From Steroidobacteraceae bacterium (GTDB lineage: Bacteria; Pseudomonadota; Gammaproteobacteria; Steroidobacterales; Steroidobacteraceae), in NCBI GenBank assembly GCA_036501585.1, contig DASYAC010000188.1, positions 1 to 50,223 of the forward strand: a stretch of DNA of 50,223 bases. Direction: 5' to 3'. The notes beneath the pieces were generated by a model, which was not told the origin of the DNA, did no database searches, and was given only the letters and a program-made list of their open reading frames with translations. Every line of letters starts with the position of its first letter. Within the stretch, counting starts at the first letter, position 1. This document shows positions 44,796-50,223 of the stretch, one piece after another. The translations under genes and the position numbers were made by a program.

Positions 44796-46217
44796 GTGAA
44801 AATCAAGCGTTACATGGCCGCCAGCATGCGCGCGGCGCTCGATCAGGTGCGGCTCGAACAGGGGCCCGACGCCGTGATCCTGTCCAGCCGCCGGATCAAC
44901 GAGGGCGTGGAGGTCATCGCCGCGGTCGATTACGACGAGGCCCTGATCGCAGGAGCGGCGCGCCAGTACGCACTGGCGGCGAACGCTGCCGCGGCGAGCG
45001 TTGCCGCGACGAACGCCGCCGCGGCGAATGCGCCGGGGGCGGAGGCGAAAGCACCGGCGGCAACGAGTGCGGGCCCAGCGGCGAACAGCGCGGCCCCCGT
45101 CGTCAGGGCCGCGCACGATTCGCGCGCGGTTGCGGCGATGCCGGCGAGACCTTCTCCGGCCGGGACCATCCGGCCGCCCGTCTTGCCGGCGCCGCCGGCG
45201 CTGCGGCGCGCGGTGGAGCGGCGCGCACCGTCGGCGCAGGCTCGCGATCTGGCCGCCGTCGGGATTCCGCAGGACGCGCAGCGTGGATTCGCCACGGTGC
45301 AACGGGAGCTGAAGGACCTGCGCCACCTGGTGGAGAACGGGCTCGCCGGCCTGTCCTGGCACGACAAGCGGGTTCGAGAGCCGTTGAAGGCACGCGTGCT
45401 CGAGCAGCTGTCGGCGATGGATATTGCGCCCGATGTCGCGGCATCTCTCGCCGCGATGACACCCTCGCACACGAATCTCGAGGACACGTCGAAGCTTCCG
45501 CTGGCGCTGCTCCTGCGTCATCTGCCGGTCGTCGACAGGCTGAGCACGGTCAACGGCGGGGTTTTCGCACTGGTGGGACCCACCGGAGCGGGCAAGACCA
45601 CGACCATCGCCAAGCTTGCGGCGCGCTGGAGCATGCGCCACGGGAGCGAGGGTCTCGCTCTGGTGAGCATCGATTCCTATCGCATCGGTGCTCGCGAACA
45701 GCTCATGACCTACGCCCGGATTCTCGGCGCCGGCATGCACGCGCCGAATTCGGGGCGGGAGCTGGCCCGTGTCCTGGACCGGCTCAAATCGAAGCGCCTG
45801 GTCCTGATCGACACCGCCGGCATGGGGCCGAGAGACGTGCGCTTGAGCGAGCAGCTCGAGGCGTTGCGGTTCGGGGCGGCCCGCGCGAAGGTGATGGTGG
45901 CGCTGCCGGCGCAGGGAGAGGGGCACGCTCTGGAGGAGATCATCCGGGCCTTCGCCCCGGTGTCGCCGTCGGCGAGCATCATCACCAAGGTGGACGAGGC
46001 GGCGAGCCTGGGCGCGGTCATTTCGACGACGCTCCGCCACAAGCTGAAGATCGCTTATTTTTGCAACGGCCAGCGCGTGCCGGAGGACCTGCACGCGGCC
46101 CATCAGCGGCGAGTGTGGCTGGTGCGCGCCGCGCACAAGCTCATGGAGCACGCGCCGCTCAAACGCGACGATGCCTACTACACCCGTAACTTCGGCCGAG
46201 CCCAAGCCCATGCGTGA
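44796..46217 (+). CDS. flhF: Flagellar SRP-type GTPase FlhF
   Basis: MKIKRYMAASMRAALDQVRLEQGPDAVILS N-terminus; G1 LVGPTGAGKTTTIAKLA; DTAG. GGAGG Shine-Dalgarno sequence before GTG 44796. Confidence 0.92.
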   Translation: MKIKRYMAASMRAALDQVRLEQGPDAVILSSRRINEGVEVIAAVDYDEALIAGAARQYALAANAAAASVAATNAAAANAPGAEAKAPAATSAGPAANSAAPVVRAAHDSRAVAAMPARPSPAGTIRPPVLPAPPALRRAVERRAPSAQARDLAAVGIPQDAQRGFATVQRELKDLRHLVENGLAGLSWHDKRVREPLKARVLEQLSAMDIAPDVAASLAAMTPSHTNLEDTSKLPLALLLRHLPVVDRLSTVNGGVFALVGPTGAGKTTTIAKLAARWSMRHGSEGLALVSIDSYRIGAREQLMTYARILGAGMHAPNSGRELARVLDRLKSKRLVLIDTAGMGPRDVRLSEQLEALRFGAARAKVMVALPAQGEGHALEEIIRAFAPVSPSASIITKVDEAASLGAVISTTLRHKLKIAYFCNGQRVPEDLHAAHQRRVWLVRAAHKLMEHAPLKRDDAYYTRNFGRAQAHA

Positions 46218-47097
46218 CATCCGACTCTCGAAGACCCAGGCCGAACGGCTGGAACAGCTCAACTCCTCGCGGCCGGTGAAGGTCATCGCGGTCACCGGCG
46301 GCAAGGGCGGGGTGGGCAAGACGACCGTTTCCACCAATCTCGCCGTGGCCATCGCGGCGCAGGGGAGGGACGTGATGCTGGTGGATGCGGATCTTGGTCT
46401 CGCGAACGTGGACGTGCTGCTGGGTGTGCACACGAGGTTTCATCTCGGCCACGTGATCAACGGCGAATGCACTCTCGAGGATGCGATCGTGACCGGGCCG
46501 CATGGGTTGCAGATCGTACCGGCGTCCTCCGGCATCAAGCGCATGGCGAGCCTGTCGCAGGCCGAGCACGCGGGCATCATTCGGGCCTTCAGCGACCTGT
46601 ATCACCAGGTGGAGGTCCTGGTCGTGGATACGGCGGCGGGTCTCAACGACAGCGTGATGACCTTCAGCCAGGCGGCGCATCACGTGCTGGTCGTGGTGTG
46701 CGATGAGCCTGCCTCCATCACGGACGCCTACGCCCTCATCAAGGTACTGAGCCGGGAGCATGGGGTGCAGCGGTTCCAGATCCTGGCGAATCAGACCCGC
46801 CGGTCGGGCGAGGGGCCGGCGCTGTTCCAGAAAATCTCCCGGGTTTGTGACCGATTTCTCAATGTGAGCCTCGAGTTCGCCGGCTCCGTCCCGTTTGACG
46901 ACTATCTACGGCGTGCTGTGCAGCGGCAAACGGCCGTCGTGGACGCGTATCCGGCCTCAAATTCATCCGCTGCCCTCAAGAATCTCGCCCTCAAGGCCGA
47001 TAAGTGGTCTGCGCCGCAAGGTGCGCGAGGTCACCTGGAGTTCTTCGTTGAACGCATGGTGGGGGCCCGGATCGGTCCTTCGACGGTATTGCAATGA
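46210..47097 (+). CDS. fleN: MinD/ParA-type flagellar number regulator FleN (FlhG)
   Basis: Deviant Walker A GGKGGVGKTT. About 295 aa. ATG 46210 overlaps the end of flhF (ORF-track start 46171 trimmed). Confidence 0.9.
   Translation: MRDIRLSKTQAERLEQLNSSRPVKVIAVTGGKGGVGKTTVSTNLAVAIAAQGRDVMLVDADLGLANVDVLLGVHTRFHLGHVINGECTLEDAIVTGPHGLQIVPASSGIKRMASLSQAEHAGIIRAFSDLYHQVEVLVVDTAAGLNDSVMTFSQAAHHVLVVVCDEPASITDAYALIKVLSREHGVQRFQILANQTRRSGEGPALFQKISRVCDRFLNVSLEFAGSVPFDDYLRRAVQRQTAVVDAYPASNSSAALKNLALKADKWSAPQGARGHLEFFVERMVGARIGPSTVLQ
46976..47003 (+). promoter_or_regulatory. Sigma-28 (FliA)-type promoter candidate inside the fleN 3' end
   Basis: TCAAGAAT-N12-GCCGATAA. The -10 element matches GCCGATAA 8/8 and the -35 element matches TAAAGTTT 5/8. 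Lies about 90 nt upstream of the fliA ATG. Confidence 0.5.
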
Positions 47098-47876
47098 GAG
47101 CAAGCACACAGTACTCAAATACTCAGAAACGGAGTCCCAAGCCCTCGGCTGACGACGGGATTCCGGTCGGCCAGATACCCCAGCAAGAGCTCGTGCTGAG
47201 GCATGCGGATTTGGTGAAACGCATCGCCTATCACCTGGTGAGCCGCATGCCGCCGAACGTGGAAGTGGACGATCTCATTCAATCGGGGATGATCGGCCTG
47301 CTGGACGCGGCCAAGCATTATTCGGCCAACAAGGGCGCGAATTTCGAGACTTACGCGGGCATACGCATCCGTGGGGCGATGCTCGACGAGGTGCGAAAGT
47401 CCGATTGGACCCCGCGCTCCGTGCATCGAAACATGCGTGAGATGGCGGATGTGATCCGCAAGATCGAGAACGAGAAGGGTCAGGATGCGAGTCCGTCGGA
47501 CATCGCCCAGGCTCTCGGCGTGACGATGGAGGAGTATCACAAGCTGGTGCAGGACGCGGCGAGCTGCCGGCTGTTCAGCTTCGATCAGATGAGCTCGAAC
47601 GACGATGAGTCGAGTCCCGCGGACCATGCCCGGGACGAGCGGCCCGGCCCATTCGATCACATCGAGGATGCGGGCTTTCGGAGCGCCCTGGCCGGCGCCA
47701 TCGGGGGACTCCCCGAGCGCGAGAAGCTGGTGTTGTCGCTTTACTACGATGAGGACATGAACTTGCGCGAGATCGGCGAGGTGCTCGAGGTGTCCGAGTC
47801 GAGGGTCTGCCAGATCCACGGCCAGGCCCTGGTCCGATTGCGCTCCCGCCTGTCGGAGTGGCTCGCGCCCGATTAG
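47094..47876 (+). CDS. fliA: Flagellar sigma factor FliA (sigma-28)
   Basis: Region 2 (LIQSGMIGLLDAAKHY, YAGIRIRGAMLDEVR) and region 4.2 (NLREIGEVLEVSESRVCQIHGQAL). ATGA overlap with fleN. Confidence 0.95.
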   Translation: MRASTQYSNTQKRSPKPSADDGIPVGQIPQQELVLRHADLVKRIAYHLVSRMPPNVEVDDLIQSGMIGLLDAAKHYSANKGANFETYAGIRIRGAMLDEVRKSDWTPRSVHRNMREMADVIRKIENEKGQDASPSDIAQALGVTMEEYHKLVQDAASCRLFSFDQMSSNDDESSPADHARDERPGPFDHIEDAGFRSALAGAIGGLPEREKLVLSLYYDEDMNLREIGEVLEVSESRVCQIHGQALVRLRSRLSEWLAPD

Positions 47877-47879
47877 CCC

Positions 47880-48623
47880 ATGGATATCCTGACCATCGTC
47901 GGCGTCGTGCTCGGACTGATCGCCATCATCGGCGGAGCCATCCTGAAGGGCTCGAGCGCCGGGGCGCTGGTCGGGAGCGCGGCGTTCGTGATCGTGGTGG
48001 TCGGCACCATGGCCGCAAGCCTGGTCCAGACGCCGATGTCCACCTTCATCCGCGCGTGGAGCATCATCAAGTGGGTCTTCATGCCGCCGGTCACCAACCC
48101 GGCCGCGGTGATCGAGAAGATCGTCGAGTGGAGCAACATCGCCCGCAAACAAGGGTTGCTGGGGCTCGAGTCGGCGGTCGAACAGGAAAAGGACGAGTTC
48201 CTCAAGAAGGGTCTGCAGTCCCTGGTCGACGGCGGCGAGCCCGAGGCGATCCGCTCGAGCATGGAGGTCGAGCTGGACACCATGGAGCACTTCGACACCC
48301 AGGCTGCCAAGGTATTCGAGGCCATGGGCGTGTACTCGCCGACGCTCGGCATCATCGGCGCCGTCATGGGCCTCATGGCGGTCATGCAAAACCTCAACGA
48401 TCCGTCGAAGCTCGGCCACGGCATCGCCGCCGCGTTCGTCGCGACGATCTACGGCATCGCCTTCGCGAATCTCGTGTTCCTGCCGATGGGCAACAAGCTG
48501 AAATCGGTGATCCACGGGCAATCGCAGGTCCGGACCATGGTCATCGAGGGAATCATCGCGATCGCGCAGGGCGAGAATCCGCGCAACATCGAATCGAAGC
48601 TCCAAGGCTACTTCCATCATTGA
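47880..48623 (+). CDS. motC: Flagellar stator protein, MotA family (MotC type)
   Basis: 247 aa, four TM segments. MotA/TolQ/ExbB-type C-terminal pair (TLGIIGAVMGLM, IYGIAFANLVFLPMGNKL). Starts 4 nt after the fliA stop. Confidence 0.9.
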   Translation: MDILTIVGVVLGLIAIIGGAILKGSSAGALVGSAAFVIVVVGTMAASLVQTPMSTFIRAWSIIKWVFMPPVTNPAAVIEKIVEWSNIARKQGLLGLESAVEQEKDEFLKKGLQSLVDGGEPEAIRSSMEVELDTMEHFDTQAAKVFEAMGVYSPTLGIIGAVMGLMAVMQNLNDPSKLGHGIAAAFVATIYGIAFANLVFLPMGNKLKSVIHGQSQVRTMVIEGIIAIAQGENPRNIESKLQGYFHH

Positions 48624-48662
48624 GCCGCCCGACCGGGAGCGCGGCAACGAGAGTTCGGCATC

Positions 48663-49730
48663 ATGGCGCGCAAGAAGAAGCACGAAGAACATGTGAACGC
48701 GGAGGCCTGGGCCATTCCCTACGGCGACCTCGTGACGCTGCTGTTCGCGCTGTTCACCGTGATGTACGCCATGTCGTCGGTGAACGAAGGCAAGTTCCGC
48801 GTGCTGTCGGATTCGCTGATCGCGGCGTTTCACGGTGCGCCGAAGAGCGTTCAGCCGGTGAACATCGGCGACAGGCAGCCCGGCAAGGGAGGCGAAAAAC
48901 CCCTGGTGGGGGTCCAGCCGACCGCGTTCATCAAGATCAGGGAGTCGAAGGGCGGGGTGGACGCCGATCAGGCGCCGCGCGACCCGGATGCGGTGACGCC
49001 CGTCCAGGAGCCGAATAACGCCCCCGGCGCTCTGATCCGCATGCAACGCCAGGTGCAGGACGCGATGCAGGCGTTGATCGACGCCAAGCTGGTCACGGTC
49101 CGCCGCGAGAGCATGTGGCTGGAGATCGAGATCAACACCGACATCCTGTTCCCGAGCGGCGCGGGCGAATTCTCCCCTCAGGCGGCGCCGGTACTGGACA
49201 AACTGGCCGACGTCTTGAAGCCCTTTCCCAATCCCATCCGGGTCGAGGGCCACACCGACAACCGGCCGATCAAGACCGCGTCGTTTCCCTCGAACTGGGA
49301 ACTGTCGGCCGCACGCGCAGCCAGCGTCGTCCATGAGTTCACCAAGGCGGGCATCGATCCTTTGCGGCTCGAGATCGTCGGCTTCGGCGAATTCCATCCG
49401 CGTCAACCCAACGATACGGTGGAGGGGCGCAACGCGAATCGCCGGGTGGCGATCATGGTGCTCGAATCCGTCGCTCCCGGGACTCCGGTCACGGCAAGAT
49501 CGGACACGCAACCCGCGCCGGCGGCGGCGGGCTCATCCGATGTCGCGATTGCAGATGCGGATACCGCCGAAAATCGGCTACTATGGCGCGTGCAGCCCGC
49601 CGACTTGGGGAAGACGGTTTTGGTGAAGGATCAATCGAAGGCGGATGCGGTCAAGGATTCGGCTGTGGTGAAGGATACGCCCGCAGCGTCGGATCCCGCT
49701 GGAGTGAAGGACACGCCCACGACCGAATAA
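48663..49730 (+). CDS. motD: Flagellar stator protein, MotB family (MotD type) with OmpA-like domain
   Basis: Plug/TM segment with the conserved Asp (PYGDLVTLLFALF). OmpA-like peptidoglycan-binding domain (GHTDNRPI, NWELSAARAA, NRRVAIMV). Low-complexity C-terminal tail. Confidence 0.9.
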   Translation: MARKKKHEEHVNAEAWAIPYGDLVTLLFALFTVMYAMSSVNEGKFRVLSDSLIAAFHGAPKSVQPVNIGDRQPGKGGEKPLVGVQPTAFIKIRESKGGVDADQAPRDPDAVTPVQEPNNAPGALIRMQRQVQDAMQALIDAKLVTVRRESMWLEIEINTDILFPSGAGEFSPQAAPVLDKLADVLKPFPNPIRVEGHTDNRPIKTASFPSNWELSAARAASVVHEFTKAGIDPLRLEIVGFGEFHPRQPNDTVEGRNANRRVAIMVLESVAPGTPVTARSDTQPAPAAAGSSDVAIADADTAENRLLWRVQPADLGKTVLVKDQSKADAVKDSAVVKDTPAASDPAGVKDTPTTE

Positions 49731-49742
49731 GCGAGGTCACCC

Positions 49743-49937
49743 ATGAGCGAAGTCGATCGCTTGAGCAACTCGGGTCTCTATCCCGCCTTGCCGATCGCAG
49801 ACAGACGGAGCCGTAAGGACGGCTCGAACCAGCAGCCGCCCGCAGATAAGCGACCGAGTGCGACTCCCAGCCCCGGGGAGGCGCAAGACTCGAAATTGCC
49901 GCGGCCTCCGAAATCGCTCATCGATGACTATGCCTAA
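49743..49937 (+). CDS. Hypothetical small protein (64 aa, Pro/Ser/Asp-rich)
   Basis: ATG preceded by GAGG at a suitable distance. No recognisable motif and low-complexity composition, so the coding status is uncertain. Confidence 0.3.
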   Translation: MSEVDRLSNSGLYPALPIADRRSRKDGSNQQPPADKRPSATPSPGEAQDSKLPRPPKSLIDDYA

Positions 49938-49972
49938 GCGTCGCAGACTATGACCAGGCGTCGCAGGGCGAG

Positions 49973-50223
49973 ATGAAACGGCTGCCGCTCGCCTTGTTGA
50001 CCGCCCTGTTCGCGGTGTCGTTCGGTTCCGCCGCCGTCGCGGGCAACGCCTACACTCAAGGCGAAGTTCACCTTCGGGCGGGCCCGAGCACCGACTATCC
50101 CATCGTCATGAGCATCCCCCCGAACAGCTTGCTGGCTGTCAACGGATGTCTCGACGATTACACGTGGTGCGACGTGGACTGGGAAGGCAATCACGGCTGG
50201 CTCTACGGCAGCTATCTGTATTA
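49973..50223 (+). CDS. Secreted SH3b-domain protein, N-terminal part (3' end lies outside the window)
   Basis: Not in the ORF track because it has no stop. Translating from ATG 49973 gives MKRLPLALLTALFAVSFGSAAVAGNAYTQGEVHLRAGPSTDYPIVMSIPPNSLLAVNGCLDDYTWCDVDWEGNHGWLYGSYLY: a signal peptide followed by a bacterial SH3-like pattern. Confidence 0.6.
   Translation, partial: MKRLPLALLTALFAVSFGSAAVAGNAYTQGEVHLRAGPSTDYPIVMSIPPNSLLAVNGCLDDYTWCDVDWEGNHGWLYGSYLY

Overview
This is a very GC-rich window (by eye, not computed) from a proteobacterial polar-flagellum locus of the Pseudomonas/Xanthomonas type. Gene calls rest on ORF structure, translational coupling and remembered family motifs; no homology search was possible.

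The flagellar genes run on the + strand in canonical order: fleS (5' truncated), fleR, fliEFGHIJ, fliK, fliLMNOPQR, flhB, flhA, flhF, fleN, fliA, motC, motD. Two blocks of non-flagellar DNA interrupt this order.

Block 1 (about 7.57-14.70 kb, between fliJ and fliK) contains:
- an FkbH-type HAD-IIIC/GNAT enzyme whose start overlaps the fliJ stop
- a YheU-family protein and a 409-aa orphan
- an ECF sigma/anti-sigma pair divergent from an S8 subtilase and a secreted Gly-rich repeat protein
- osmC

Block 2 (about 16.5-37.3 kb, between fliK and fliL) contains:
- a roughly 16.4-kb aryl-polyene (xanthomonadin-like) biosynthetic cluster, mostly on the - strand. It encodes KS, chain-length factor, ketoreductase, two hotdog dehydratases, ACP, an aryl-acid AMP-ligase, a flavin halogenase, a SAM methyltransferase, GT2, two acyltransferases, an MMPL exporter, a LolA-like carrier, a MipA-family outer-membrane protein, a NodB deacetylase and an alpha/beta hydrolase.
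- an OmpR/histidine-kinase pair and an M13 metallopeptidase

Two consensus-like sigma-54 promoters are visible, upstream of fliK and fliL. A sigma-28-like promoter sits inside the 3' end of fleN, upstream of fliA.

I saw no rRNA, tRNA, CRISPR array, integrase or transposase. Most long antisense ORFs in the track are GC-bias artefacts.

The best candidates for undescribed biology are the fliJ-coupled FkbH module, the ECF/anti-sigma/S8/Gly-rich-protein module, and the placement of a halogenated aryl-polyene cluster inside a flagellar regulon.
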